Shown: piece after piece, positions 49,014-59,659 of the stretch
Layout: each line of letters starts with the position of its first letter
Position numbering within the stretch: the first letter of the stretch is position 1
Assembly (NCBI GenBank): GCA_041747555.1
Contig: JBGTEY010000011.1
Coordinates: 118,274 to 182,273, forward strand
Origin: Patescibacteria group bacterium
GTDB lineage: Bacteria > Patescibacteriota > Microgenomatia > UBA1400 > PJMF01
Direction: 5' to 3'
DNA: 64,000 nt
Made by a program: the position numbers and the translations under genes
The notes under the pieces: generated by a model
What the model saw: the letters and a program-made list of their open reading frames with translations, nothing else
Databases searched by the model: none
Told to the model about the DNA's origin: nothing

Positions 49014-50147
49014 CTAGCTCCGACTCACTTCCCAAACTGTCATCGACCCGCTCCCCACTTTAGCCCGAGTGTCATTGTCAGACAGCTCGACTCTAAATTT
49101 ACTCACAAATGGATAGAGCAAGAAAATACTCTTGGCAGCTAACTTCATGCGATCGCCATATATTTCATTGAACATTTTTGCGAAAGAATCTCGATACCGC
49201 ACCCCTTTTTGAATAAATAATCGCTGGATCAGCCCCGGCATCCAAATCCGGTTATTTCCCTTGGTAAAAGATTCAAATTTCTTCTCAAGTTGCTCCACGC
49301 TAAAATCCAAATGCCACACAAATTCCTCAACTCCCACATGCCAACTGGACCGCACGATCAATGCATTTAAGAAAATATGCTTGTCTTTCTCAAGCGCTTT
49401 ATGCTTCACGCCAGACGCAAACGAGCGATCGCCGATCCGCTCTCTACCAACATGCATTTTGTCCGCTGCAACGAGCGCCCACTGCAATGGCGTCCCTTTC
49501 TCAAGTGGCTGATCAAGCGCAATTAACACCGGCTCTTCATGAAATAATATTGCATAGAGTGCGTGATTAAATTCGTACGGGTGCTCTTGCCATTTATCAA
49601 ACATCTTTGTCAAAAGCCAAGCGCTGTACGTACTGTGCTCTTTTCTACTCAAGAAATTACCAAGATCATGCGTCATGCCCACCAACGTCATCAGCACCTC
49701 AGATTTGGCTCCATATTCTGATCTGCCGTCGTAGGACACACCGGCTCTTTGGAGGAGCTCTACGCCGTTTTGAGTGACCCAGAGGGTGTGTCTGTCGGTG
49801 TGGTCGTTGAATCCGTGCTCGCGCTCAAGATCTAGGACTGGTCCGACATAATCCAAAGCCTTGCCGAAGCCTTGATAGAGGTACGATAATGCAGATCCTC
49901 GAGATCCAAGATGTAAAAATTCTGGGAAATTATAGACTTTTCTGAGTTGAGGCTGTGGATGATACGTTAAGAACGGAAAATCGGACTTGTCATAAGGTAT
50001 GTTGCTTTCTTTGAGAAATTTCCAGAATGGCGTGTCATCTTGGCGCAAGAATCGTGTGTTAGAAAGTGCTTTGTTGAGAAACGTTTGGGGATGCTCGCTA
50101 GCCTGGGTTGTGGATTTTGGTGGTTTTTTTTGTGTTCTTGAAGACAT
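49014..50147 (-). CDS. HD-domain phosphohydrolase (dNTP triphosphohydrolase-like)
   Basis: H...H (DRHTLWV) and MTHDLGN HD motif; 377 aa. Confidence 0.5.
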   Translation of the reverse strand: MSSRTQKKPPKSTTQASEHPQTFLNKALSNTRFLRQDDTPFWKFLKESNIPYDKSDFPFLTYHPQPQLRKVYNFPEFLHLGSRGSALSYLYQGFGKALDYVGPVLDLEREHGFNDHTDRHTLWVTQNGVELLQRAGVSYDGRSEYGAKSEVLMTLVGMTHDLGNFLSRKEHSTYSAWLLTKMFDKWQEHPYEFNHALYAILFHEEPVLIALDQPLEKGTPLQWALVAADKMHVGRERIGDRSFASGVKHKALEKDKHIFLNALIVRSSWHVGVEEFVWHLDFSVEQLEKKFESFTKGNNRIWMPGLIQRLFIQKGVRYRDSFAKMFNEIYGDRMKLAAKSIFLLYPFVSKFRVELSDNDTRAKVGSGSMTVWEVSRS

Positions 50148-50325
50148 TAGTCGTTCCTTGGGTGCGAACCTGTTGCATTTTACCCCTATCAGGAGGAAAT
50201 CGCCATGTGTAGGGATGGTGTATGGAAGTCTATCAATGAAGTTTTTAGAAACGCAATCACTTTTAAGATCAAGAATTCAATCGACGCGGTTGACTCGTAC
50301 GTACATTTATTCTAAAATCGTACGT

Positions 50326-50571
50326 ATGAATACCAAACTCACCCTCAGTTTAGATCGCACAGTTATCGAAGCAGCCAAGCGCACGCTCCAAACAAAGGAC
50401 CAAAGTCTCTCGAGTATCATCGAAGATTATTTCCGCGCACTCATAGCGGTTAAAACAAAAAAAAACCCTACAAGCCCCCTCGTCACTGAACTCTCGGGCA
50501 TTGCCAGCCTCCCCAAAAACACAAGCGACCAAGACGTAATAACAGACTACCTCCTGGAAAAATATCAATGA
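50326..50571 (+). CDS. vapB: type II antitoxin VapB-like (ribbon-helix-helix)
   Basis: MNTKLTLSLDRTVIEAAKR... RHH N-terminus; ATGA overlap with vapC. Confidence 0.6.
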   Translation: MNTKLTLSLDRTVIEAAKRTLQTKDQSLSSIIEDYFRALIAVKTKKNPTSPLVTELSGIASLPKNTSDQDVITDYLLEKYQ

Positions 50572-50981
50572 CGATTTTTGTAGATAATGACGTGATTTTG
50601 GATGTTTTACTTGAGAGGAAGGACTTTCGATACTCGCAGACACTCCTCAGTCTTATTGAGAAAAAGCAGGTTGTCGCATTCACCTCGCCACTCATTTTTA
50701 CCAATAGTTTTTATGTTGTTTCTAAGATTAAAAGTAAAAAAGCAGCTTGGAGTGCATTGCAGAAAATTCGACTACTCTTTAAGGTGACGACAGTCTCACA
50801 GAAAAGCATTGATCAAGCTCTCGCGTCGAGCTTTACAGATTTTGAGGACGCGGTGCAGTATTACGCGGCACTTAATAAAAATGTCGATTTTTTGGTAACC
50901 AGAAATAAAAAAGATTATGAATCTGCAGAAATCGCGGTAGTTAATCCCCAAGAATTTTTGGCAATTCTAGATCTGTCGTGA
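50568..50981 (+). CDS. vapC: type II toxin VapC (PIN domain)
   Basis: IFVDNDVILD (Asp6), FEDA, TRNKKDY PIN acidic residues. Confidence 0.75.
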   Translation: MTIFVDNDVILDVLLERKDFRYSQTLLSLIEKKQVVAFTSPLIFTNSFYVVSKIKSKKAAWSALQKIRLLFKVTTVSQKSIDQALASSFTDFEDAVQYYAALNKNVDFLVTRNKKDYESAEIAVVNPQEFLAILDLS

Positions 50982-51044
50982 AGTATGCTGAGGTATAATG
51001 GCACCCAGAAGCGGCCTGGAATTCAACACCTAATTCCAGAAAAC

Positions 51045-51116
51045 GCTCCCATAGTTTAACGGATAAAACAGTCGCCTCCTAAGCGATAGCTCCAGGTTCG
51101 ATTCCTGGTGGGAGCA
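51045..51116 (+). tRNA. tRNA-Arg (anticodon CCT)
   Basis: GCTCCCA...TGGGAGC acceptor, anticodon loop CTCCTAA, T-arm CCAGGTTCGATTCCTGG. Confidence 0.85.
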
Positions 51117-51132
51117 CAAAATCGCACAGCTC

Positions 51133-51204
51133 GCCCTCATAGTTTAACGGATAAAACAAGGGTTTCCGGAACCTTAGCTGTGGGTTCGATTCCCGCTGAG
51201 GGCA
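51133..51204 (+). tRNA. tRNA-Arg (anticodon CCG)
   Basis: GCCCTCA...TGAGGGC acceptor, anticodon loop TTCCGGA, T-arm GTGGGTTCGATTCCCGC. Confidence 0.85.
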
Positions 51205-51230
51205 CTCTCAAGTTCTGGAATAATTAGGCG

Positions 51231-51890
51231 TCAGATTTTTGCAAAAATGCTTTTTATAGTAAACCAAAGTTGTGCGAAGAATTCCCATATCCGAGAAAAA
51301 ATCGATCTTGAGTTTGATTCACTACCATCTGCAGGATCAAGTACCACGCCCGCAGGTAATTCACTTCCCTCTTCCAAGACAGTAATTACTCCTGTTAAGT
51401 GCGGTCGAAGGTGATCGTTATATTCGAATGTTCCCGCTTTTTCAAAGGTAAAAAACCAGTCTTTCCCAGGAGGAATGCCGTTGCACGAGTCAAACGTTGG
51501 CTCATTCTTAGTTGCGCAGTGGATATCGATCGTGCTGTCATTATGCTCAGTATTGCTTGGATATCTTTCAGAGATTGGCCAGTGCAACTCATTCCCGTTA
51601 TTATGAAAAATCACTGTAGCACCCTGCTCAATCGTCAGTTCTTGAGGCACAAAACCCTGCTCGTCATTAATAAGAACCGTCAAAGCATCATCGGGAGTCA
51701 CTTGAAATTTGGCAATATTTTCCTCACCGAACTCGGAGGTGGTTGTGGATCGTTGTGCTAAGTCATCATCAGAAGACTCTTCATGTGCAGAAATCACCAC
51801 CGGAAAAACAGCAAAAAACACTATCGCTACAGCGTAAAAAGCACAAAACAGTGGGCTGGCAGTTCTACTCTGTTTAGTTTTTAATCTCAT
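51231..51890 (-). CDS. secreted cupredoxin-like protein (tentative)
   Basis: Signal peptide; C-terminal H...C...H..H spacing loosely like blue-copper fold; weak. Confidence 0.35.
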   Translation of the reverse strand: MRLKTKQSRTASPLFCAFYAVAIVFFAVFPVVISAHEESSDDDLAQRSTTTSEFGEENIAKFQVTPDDALTVLINDEQGFVPQELTIEQGATVIFHNNGNELHWPISERYPSNTEHNDSTIDIHCATKNEPTFDSCNGIPPGKDWFFTFEKAGTFEYNDHLRPHLTGVITVLEEGSELPAGVVLDPADGSESNSRSIFSRIWEFFAQLWFTIKSIFAKI

Positions 51891-52365
51891 CAAGCTCAAA
51901 GTCCGTGTAAATAACACAATCTCTGACGCCAGTGTAATCAAATAGCTCGTCATCAGCAAACACAAGTGCGACTTCTCTGGTCGCGTCTTCTTTATTTGCG
52001 GATGCATGGATCAAATTAAATTGTTGACTCATTCCAAAATCACCTCGTATTGAACCAGCTTCTGCTTCTCTACCAAGGGTGGTGCCGACCAGTTTTCTGA
52101 CGACAGGCACCGCATCATAGCCTTCCCAGACCATGGCGACGATGGGGAGTGAGGACATAAATGATTTTAATTCACCAAAGAAACCCTTATCCTTGTGCTC
52201 TTCGTACCATTTATCAAGAATTTCATCAGTCATGTTGAGCATTTTAATGCCGCTGAGCTTAAGACCTTTTCGCTCGAATCTGCTGATAATTTCTCCAATG
52301 AGCCCTCGTTGCAAACCATCTGGCTTGACGAGAACGGCAGTTTTGGTTGTTGTATTTTCGGACAT
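51874..52365 (-). CDS. ndk: nucleoside-diphosphate kinase
   Basis: GSIRGDFGMS...NLIHASA...ALVF aligns with Ndk active-site region (NxxHGSD variant). Confidence 0.85.
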   Translation of the reverse strand: MSENTTTKTAVLVKPDGLQRGLIGEIISRFERKGLKLSGIKMLNMTDEILDKWYEEHKDKGFFGELKSFMSSLPIVAMVWEGYDAVPVVRKLVGTTLGREAEAGSIRGDFGMSQQFNLIHASANKEDATREVALVFADDELFDYTGVRDCVIYTDFELDEIKN

Positions 52366-52395
52366 TTTTTCTCCTTTTTTTGTACAGCGCCTTGA

Positions 52396-53697
52396 CTAGG
52401 CTATATATTTTTTAAATGCTGATTCACTTTTGAATGGCCCGACAATTGCCAAACGGGTATGTCGGTCGACGATTATTTTTTTGGCTAATTTCTGAATGTC
52501 TTCAATGGTGACTTTTTTGAGCAAGTTCATGGTTTCTGTAGGATCGGTGATTTCCTCGAGTAGTAACTCTTTCATACCGTAGAATTCTGCGACTCTTCTG
52601 CTGTCTTCAAGTCCAAGTACCATTGTGCCTGCGGCGTACTCGCGAGCTCGCTCAAGTTCTTCTTCGGTGACGGGTCGCTCACCACTGGCGAGTGCGAGGC
52701 ATTCTTCCCGAATTGTTTTTAGTGCTTCATGAAGCCGATTAGGATCCACACCAGCTGAAACGCCAAATACACCTGCGTCGTGGTAGTAATCTGCGTCTGC
52801 ACTTATGTAGTAACACAGTCCGCGTTTTTCACGAATTTCAGAAAACAATCGAGAGCTCATGCTTGCTCCAAGAATAACTCCGAGCAATGCTTGGGCATAT
52901 CGATCTTTGTGCCCGCGCTTGATACTTGGCCACCCCATGATCAGGTGAGCTTGCTCAGTTTTCTTATATTTGACTGCAATTTGCTTTGAAGACACAGGTG
53001 TTTTATCGGGTAAAAGTCGCTTCATAGAAACCTTGTCTCGTGCTCTAACACCAGCATTCTTATTGAATGCCGTTGTGACTGTCTTGAGCATATCCGCGTG
53101 TGTAATTTTTTTCTTATCACCTGCCAAAACGACAACTAAATTGCCAGTTCCATACCAGTGCTGAATAAATCGCTGAAAATGTCGCCTCTCAAGTTGAGAT
53201 ACGGTCATTTTACTACCAATAATGTCATGACTCAGTCCAGATCCATCGAAAAACATTTGCTCGAAGACATTCTCAACAAGACGCATTGGCGTGTCTTCGT
53301 ACATGTTGATTTCTTCGATAATGACGCCTTTTTCTCGATCAATGTCTTCTTGTTTGAGCAGTGGTTGGAGGAGCATGTCTGATAGCACATCAAGTGCTGT
53401 ATCCAAGTGTTTGCTTGCTGCCTTGACGTAGTAGCCCGTGTATTCTTTGCTCGTAAATGCATTAAAGTCAGCACCAATTGCGTCAATTGCAGAAGCTAAA
53501 ATTTGTGGATCTGGGTACTTTTTGGTTCCCTTAAACACCATATGTTCAAAGAAATGAGCAATTCCTTCTTCTTTGGGTCGTTCGAAACGCGATCCGGTGT
53601 TTGCGAGCACCATTGCAGTTACTGATTTAACGCCGGGCATTTCAACACGAAGTACCGTGAGGCCATTTTTTAATGTATCAATTTTGTGGGTAAACAT
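52396..53697 (-). CDS. M16-family zinc peptidase (pitrilysin-like)
   Basis: HFFEHMVFKGT inverted zincin HxxEH motif; 433 aa. Confidence 0.85.
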   Translation of the reverse strand: MFTHKIDTLKNGLTVLRVEMPGVKSVTAMVLANTGSRFERPKEEGIAHFFEHMVFKGTKKYPDPQILASAIDAIGADFNAFTSKEYTGYYVKAASKHLDTALDVLSDMLLQPLLKQEDIDREKGVIIEEINMYEDTPMRLVENVFEQMFFDGSGLSHDIIGSKMTVSQLERRHFQRFIQHWYGTGNLVVVLAGDKKKITHADMLKTVTTAFNKNAGVRARDKVSMKRLLPDKTPVSSKQIAVKYKKTEQAHLIMGWPSIKRGHKDRYAQALLGVILGASMSSRLFSEIREKRGLCYYISADADYYHDAGVFGVSAGVDPNRLHEALKTIREECLALASGERPVTEEELERAREYAAGTMVLGLEDSRRVAEFYGMKELLLEEITDPTETMNLLKKVTIEDIQKLAKKIIVDRHTRLAIVGPFKSESAFKKYIA

Positions 53698-53723
53698 ACA
53701 GAAAATCGATTATACAACAACTC

Positions 53724-55694
53724 CTACATTTTCTCGACGGCAGGAATACCTAGTGTTTCAAATCCGTGCTTGAAGACTTGCGTTACAGCAAGCGTAGTGG
53801 CCAAATAGAGCGTGGATTCTGCGTCTGATTCCGTCATTTTTTCTGGAACTATCTGTTGCTTGCCATAAAACGCGTTAAACAGCTGCGCTAGGCTATGAAG
53901 ATAGGAACAAATGAGATGCGGACTTGTTTGAGCAGCGGCTTGTGCTACTACATCAGAATATTGCAAAAGGTTTCGCAAGATACCAAACGCATCCATATTT
54001 TTGTTCATGTCAAATTGTGTCGATGTGTTAAGTACTGTATCAAAATACTCAGCAATATTCGTTTCTGTATAACCTATTTTAGTTGCCTTTTCTAAGAGGC
54101 TCAAACCCCTCACGAGCGTGTATTGCAAATACGGTCCCGAATCTCCCTGAAACGACAGCGACTGATCAAAACTAAATGCAATATCAGAGCCGATACTCTG
54201 GCTCAAAAAGGCGTACTTGATGGCACCGAGACCAACTGCCTCAGCAATTGCTTGACGTTCCGTATCAGGCAACTCAGGGCGTGACTCGTCCACTACTGCC
54301 TTGATTCTCTGGGTTGCCTCCTCTACCAGCCACTCTGCGGTGATGATTTTGCCCGTTCTGCTGGACATTTTTCCCTCTGGGAGCCTGACCATTCCGTGTG
54401 ATATGTGAGTGGTTTTCTTTTGGAGATCGGGATTGATCAGCTCAAGCACCTTGAGAAGGACCTTGAAATACTCGGCTATTTCATTGCCGGTGATTACGAT
54501 TGACTTGTCATAGGGAAAGCGTCTGTGCTTCTCTGGTGCGAGGCCGAGTTCTTTGGCTTCGTAGGTTGGGAGTCCGAGTGAATTGATAAATACTCGACTA
54601 TGCAATCCGTATTTTTCTCCTGGGAAAATTATCGCTCCTTGGCTTTTTTCAAAAATGCCTTTAGGGAGATTTTCCATGACAATTTTATACCCGTACTCGG
54701 CGACTAAACTCTCGAAAAAATACTCATCAAAGTGCTTGCCGTTAGCGCGGGGTTTCATGCCGATTTTGCCGTACATGACTTCAAAATATTCGAGGCTCCA
54801 CGCGCGACCGACCTGATAGAGTGCCTTGATGACATCGTAATCCAGCTTGGTTTTGGAAACAAAGTCCAGGTATGGCACTTGAGGTTTCCAATTTTCTGTT
54901 TCTTCTAAATATTCTTGGCCTGCTCTGTAAGTGAGATAATTAACGTCTTTAATTTCAGACTCAGCTTGCTTGGATTCGGTGTACTCGGTGGCTCCAAGTG
55001 CATAGCTTTTACCGAGTAGTTTAATTCTTTCGTTGAGTGGTTTTTTTGACCAAATTTCGATTGCTGATTCTGCAGACTCAAGGGAAGTAATCTCGAGTAT
55101 TTGCATCATTCCCCAGACACTTTTTGCTACGTGCATTCCGACATCACCCTGATATGCGACTCGTTTGACATCGGCGCCAACTGCCTCATAAATTCTTGCA
55201 ATCGAATCACCTACAGCGTTGCTGTACAAGTGACCTATATGCAGCTCTTTAAATGGATTTGGATCAGTGAACTCACACATGACTTTTTGACCAACAAACT
55301 CGGGCAAAATGGTATCAACTTCACCCCTCACAAAGGTTTTTGCGTGCGAAAGTACGGCAAATGTCGAAAGCTTGAAATTAATAAAACCTGGTCCTGCGAT
55401 TTCAATTGACTCTATATGCGAATTCAGTGGTGAGTCAACTAATTGCTCTTTGAGTGCAGAAACGATCTGATTTGCAACATCCCGCGGTGACTTTCCAAGA
55501 CTTGCTGATAATTGCAAGGCTATATTCGTGGTGAAATCGCCATGATCTGCCGACGCTGGATACCTTACCTGAATCTCAGCATCAGACACGAAATTACGCG
55601 CTTTAAGCGCGTTGGCAATCATGGTTTGAATTACATTGATCGTGACAAAAAGCTCGTCATTAATTTTTTTGGTGTGTATCGTGCTTTTTTTCAT
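53724..55694 (-). CDS. argS: arginine--tRNA ligase
   Basis: IAGPGFINF, HIGH motif (HIGHLYS), DALR-type C-terminus ending ...VEKM; start at MKKSTIH. Confidence 0.9.
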   Translation of the reverse strand: MKKSTIHTKKINDELFVTINVIQTMIANALKARNFVSDAEIQVRYPASADHGDFTTNIALQLSASLGKSPRDVANQIVSALKEQLVDSPLNSHIESIEIAGPGFINFKLSTFAVLSHAKTFVRGEVDTILPEFVGQKVMCEFTDPNPFKELHIGHLYSNAVGDSIARIYEAVGADVKRVAYQGDVGMHVAKSVWGMMQILEITSLESAESAIEIWSKKPLNERIKLLGKSYALGATEYTESKQAESEIKDVNYLTYRAGQEYLEETENWKPQVPYLDFVSKTKLDYDVIKALYQVGRAWSLEYFEVMYGKIGMKPRANGKHFDEYFFESLVAEYGYKIVMENLPKGIFEKSQGAIIFPGEKYGLHSRVFINSLGLPTYEAKELGLAPEKHRRFPYDKSIVITGNEIAEYFKVLLKVLELINPDLQKKTTHISHGMVRLPEGKMSSRTGKIITAEWLVEEATQRIKAVVDESRPELPDTERQAIAEAVGLGAIKYAFLSQSIGSDIAFSFDQSLSFQGDSGPYLQYTLVRGLSLLEKATKIGYTETNIAEYFDTVLNTSTQFDMNKNMDAFGILRNLLQYSDVVAQAAAQTSPHLICSYLHSLAQLFNAFYGKQQIVPEKMTESDAESTLYLATTLAVTQVFKHGFETLGIPAVEKM

Positions 55695-56543
55695 AGAAAG
55701 TGCTTGTACTGTGTAGCAATTGTACCGCAAGACTGTCAAATCCGCTCTAGAAACACTACCGATGTAGATATGTGTGCAGTTTGTGGTTTGCTGATTTTTG
55801 TTAATATCTTATGGGATTTATGTGCGATGTTAAAAAAAGCGTTGATTACTTTTTTTTATTGCAATTTACCAACGTACTCTCCCAACTACTCATTGTTGAT
55901 TCACTCCGCAACAACCGAATGTATACCGTAACTAACTGAGTACAAAATGTATTACTCAGTGAGATGGTCATCGGACTCATTGTAGCTTCTAGTTGATGTA
56001 TAAAATGTGTTCAATTTAAGCTGAATAATAATAGTATGTTCGTATTTTGTTCGGTTGGTTATTTTTTTACTAACATGCGTGATTTAATGTAAAAATAAGC
56101 ACCAATCTCAAATTTTAAAATGCTGAGAAATTACAAAAGTAGAGTTCCTCAACCAACAGAAGCAACGATAAGTGAAAGTAGGCGCTCGAGCACCAACTTT
56201 ATTATTTCGCCTGGTGAACCCTGCTTGCTGAATTACAATAACGCAAATCGCATGATTGACCTCCCAAAATCATTTACTTGAGGCAAATGGCAGTTAATTT
56301 TGGGTTATGTTCGTTCTATTACATGCGCAAAACGCCCGCACCAAATCAAGTTTGAAGCACATCAATGCTCATCTCTTCAAAAAAAAAGCCTAAAAGATGG
56401 CGTCGTGTGGATTTTTACAAAATTGCCGTGGGCAATTTACTCAAGAAATCGATATTTGCTACTTGCACGAACTAAAAATATATGGAACAGTTGTCAACAA
56501 GCTCATTAACAGCAATACATGCAGACTACTCCTTTCCTCGAGA

Positions 56544-57485
56544 CTAATCAAGAGTGCTCGGGAGCGTAATGGTCTTACCATCAGTCACAATCTCGATCAC
56601 ACCAGAAGTGTCGGTTCGCAAAATCAGCGCACCCACTTCTTCCAGTCGAGAGATCACCCCTGGTGAAGGGTGGCCAAATGTATTGTTTTTCCCCGAGTTG
56701 ATCACAGAGACTTCGGGTCGCAAATTACCTAAAAAATCAGGGTAAGAACTCGTATTTGACCCGTGGTGCCCGACTTTTAGCACGTCCACGTCCTCTATCA
56801 AACCACTCACAATGACTGCTTCTTCCCCTGCTTTCTCGAGGTCTCCCACAAGTGCGATTGACACTTGATCAAATGTGACAATTAGGCTGATAGATAGGTC
56901 ATTATGATCACTTTCATTAGGTAGCAAAGAGGCAAATATATCCGATAATGTTGTTTCGGATCGTCCAAAAATGGTGCTTTTTTGTGTGTCAGGAGCAAAA
57001 TGAGGCCAGATCACACGACCCATAATTTCATCACCAATTTGCAGCGACTGTCCACGCGCACCAATAACTACTGTTGCTCCATTATCGGCCTCAGTCTGGA
57101 CGGCGTGCTCAAATGCCGCAAAATCGCTCGTTTCTTTTCTTGCTATGGGAATGTATATCAATTCTGTCGTGTAACGAGCAAAAACAGCCTCCATCCCACC
57201 AATGTGATCAGCGTCAGCGTGGGTCGCAACTACAAATTCGATCACTCTGTCCCAAAACGGCATGTACTTGCTCAAACAAGAGACAACACTATCATCAGGG
57301 CCGGCATCAATTAATAATTGTGTCGAACCACGCGATAGCAAGATCGCATCACCCTGCCCAACATCACAAAAAACGATGTGAAGCTTTTCATCGGGTTTCT
57401 GATTATGAATTGCTACAACAATAGCGACACCCATCACTGCCAAAGCTGCCAACATACTTCGTAGGTGACGACTAATCCAAAACAC
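56544..57485 (-). CDS. comEC: ComEC C-terminal part: TM helix + metallo-beta-lactamase domain (split/frameshifted comEC)
   Basis: GTG start; VVATHADADHIGG MBL motif, DVGQGDA; overlaps upstream ORF by 14 nt in +1 frame. Confidence 0.75.
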   Translation of the reverse strand: MFWISRHLRSMLAALAVMGVAIVVAIHNQKPDEKLHIVFCDVGQGDAILLSRGSTQLLIDAGPDDSVVSCLSKYMPFWDRVIEFVVATHADADHIGGMEAVFARYTTELIYIPIARKETSDFAAFEHAVQTEADNGATVVIGARGQSLQIGDEIMGRVIWPHFAPDTQKSTIFGRSETTLSDIFASLLPNESDHNDLSISLIVTFDQVSIALVGDLEKAGEEAVIVSGLIEDVDVLKVGHHGSNTSSYPDFLGNLRPEVSVINSGKNNTFGHPSPGVISRLEEVGALILRTDTSGVIEIVTDGKTITLPSTLD

Positions 57486-58809
57486 TTTGAAACTTTCTCT
57501 TCTGTCGCGCTCGCGTGTGATAGATGAAAATTGAAATCACAAGAAAAAGATAGTACAGTATTGAGTAGATAATATCATTTTTTGCGCTTTGTATCGCTGT
57601 TTTTTCAAGTATAGATAACGAATCAGCTAACCAAAGAAAAACATTCGACACTACTGAAATTGGTTGACCAATCGCGAAATACACCCAGTTTGAAGCACTC
57701 AGAAGCCATGCAATTATTAGCCCTGTAGTCGTTACTAGTGACATAACAATGATAATTGGTACAAATAAGAAGAGAACAATACCCGAAATACTGCTGAGTG
57801 GGTGAAATTCCTGAAAATACTGCAGCAATAAGGGAAAAACAGCCAGCTGAGCCGCTGTAGACACCAGAAATGACTCAACAAATACTGCACCATGACCTGA
57901 TCCTAGTGCAGCTAATAAACTACCTTTTTCACGCATCTTACTCGAGAAAATAGGGTAAAAAAAGAGTACGCCAGCTGTGCCTGCAAACGACAAATGGAGT
58001 GACACGCTGGTTACCAAATAGGGATTAGCAAGCAATAGTATCCATGTTGTGAGGAATAAGGCTGTTTTTGAATGATACTGCCGCCTGTACCAGGCAGAAA
58101 ACAGATAAAAAACTATCATTATAAATGCGCGCAATGCTGGAATTCTCCACCCCGCTACCAGGCAGTATATGAATAAAAGACCAATTAGCAAGAAAATGCT
58201 GGTCTTAGATCGACTATGCGAGAACTGTGCGTCAATCACTCCAAAAATAATCCCAAAATGCAATCCAGACACGGAACTAATATGCTGCATCCCAATAGCG
58301 GCTATAATCGGATCTGCAAACGACCGACCTGTTGGAACTTTGCCAAAAGTCAGCTGCCAAACTAGGCTCAAATATGGTTCCTCAAGTGACGTCTGCAGCA
58401 ATTCGAAAAGCCAGACTCTAGCCTTGATACTGTTTGAGTATGTTTGATAAATCCAACCTTTTACCGAATTCAAATCTGGTGAAAAAGCGTAAAAACTCTC
58501 TAATTTCAACCTTTTTTTAATTAATAAATAGCTATCAAAGACTGCTGCTGGAGTGCTATCGGGCATATCTAGTGTGCCCGTCAGATGCAGCACCGAACCA
58601 ACTTCAAACTGCCCACAGTCTGGGAGGGAGAAGTAAAACCTGCTGGTTTGGTACCAACACGTGTCAGAAACGGAATCGATCACAAAATCTAGACTTATAT
58701 TTCTTGCAAGATTATCTCTATGGTATATATGTAATACACGCAAAAATAGCGTGAGTATTACTAGTACAATTAAATACAATTGATATCTTTGTGTTTTATT
58801 TTTCGTCAT
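57472..58809 (-). CDS. comEC: ComEC N-terminal part: DUF4131 + competence (membrane channel) domain
   Basis: Polytopic membrane protein with ISSVSGLHFGII competence-domain signature. Confidence 0.75.
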   Translation of the reverse strand: MTKNKTQRYQLYLIVLVILTLFLRVLHIYHRDNLARNISLDFVIDSVSDTCWYQTSRFYFSLPDCGQFEVGSVLHLTGTLDMPDSTPAAVFDSYLLIKKRLKLESFYAFSPDLNSVKGWIYQTYSNSIKARVWLFELLQTSLEEPYLSLVWQLTFGKVPTGRSFADPIIAAIGMQHISSVSGLHFGIIFGVIDAQFSHSRSKTSIFLLIGLLFIYCLVAGWRIPALRAFIMIVFYLFSAWYRRQYHSKTALFLTTWILLLANPYLVTSVSLHLSFAGTAGVLFFYPIFSSKMREKGSLLAALGSGHGAVFVESFLVSTAAQLAVFPLLLQYFQEFHPLSSISGIVLFLFVPIIIVMSLVTTTGLIIAWLLSASNWVYFAIGQPISVVSNVFLWLADSLSILEKTAIQSAKNDIIYSILYYLFLVISIFIYHTRARQKRKFQSVLD

Positions 58810-58959
58810 TATCGGCTTACACTATATTGATGCATTTAGTATTTTTAATAGTATTTATGTCCTTTTGCTGTATCTATAATGCCACTTTCAAATTCAGCGT
58901 CATAATAAGATTTTTCAATATTTACTTAATTCACGTCTCATAACAGCAGCCTCATATCA

Positions 58960-59577
58960 CTAAAAACTAATTAAATCCTTAATATCAGCGATAATCTTAT
59001 CGGATAAACCACCTTTTTCTTTTAATTCTTCAAGCGTCTGATAGGGGCGCTGGTCAATCAAGTCACTCGCTCTTTTCTCTCCTATGCCTGGTAGAGTCTG
59101 AAGCTTTGCCTGACTTGCGGTATTTATAGGGATCAAATCCTGGGTTTTGGATGTAGTGCTTACCCCTTCATCCTTGGTTTCTGCTGGTGCTGTGCTCAAT
59201 GTCTCGAGTAATGGCGGAATATAGACCTTCTGACCGTCTGCAAGTGTGGATGCGCCATTTAATTGCTTGGCAACATACCCTACATCTGCTGCCGAGGTGA
59301 CACCTCCTGCAGCAGAAATTGCTTGACTGAGTCTTGAGAGAGCTGGCAGCTTATACACACCCGGCTTATATACCGCCCCACCGACATCGACAGCAATTTC
59401 ATAATGATGATCAATAGCCTTATTTTGAGAAACGTGCTCCTGACTCTCGTTTGCTCCCCTATATAGTTCAGAAACGCCATACAAAATTGCCCCCATGCCA
59501 AGAATACTCAACAAGAGGGAGAACGCAATTATTTTTTTTGGGATGGAATGGTGATTTTTATTGGTTTGGTTCATCAA
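58960..59577 (-). CDS. comEA: competence protein ComEA (SLBB + helix-hairpin-helix DNA-binding)
   Basis: N-terminal TM, VDVGGAVYKPGVYKLP SLBB-like, C-terminal LQTLPGIGEKRASDLI HhH motif. Confidence 0.8.
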   Translation of the reverse strand: MMNQTNKNHHSIPKKIIAFSLLLSILGMGAILYGVSELYRGANESQEHVSQNKAIDHHYEIAVDVGGAVYKPGVYKLPALSRLSQAISAAGGVTSAADVGYVAKQLNGASTLADGQKVYIPPLLETLSTAPAETKDEGVSTTSKTQDLIPINTASQAKLQTLPGIGEKRASDLIDQRPYQTLEELKEKGGLSDKIIADIKDLISF

Positions 59578-59659
59578 ACCAACACTACCCTACCAACCTT
59601 ACATATCGTTGACACCGTTATCGAAAATCGGATAGATTGGTAGTACCAGGGTCAGAGCG

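Noticed and set aside
49999-50571. 190-aa ORF spanning the HD gene/vapB intergenic region
   Set aside because: Only the last 81 codons (from ATG 50326) form a coherent RHH antitoxin; the upstream portion is antisense to the HD gene start and low-complexity
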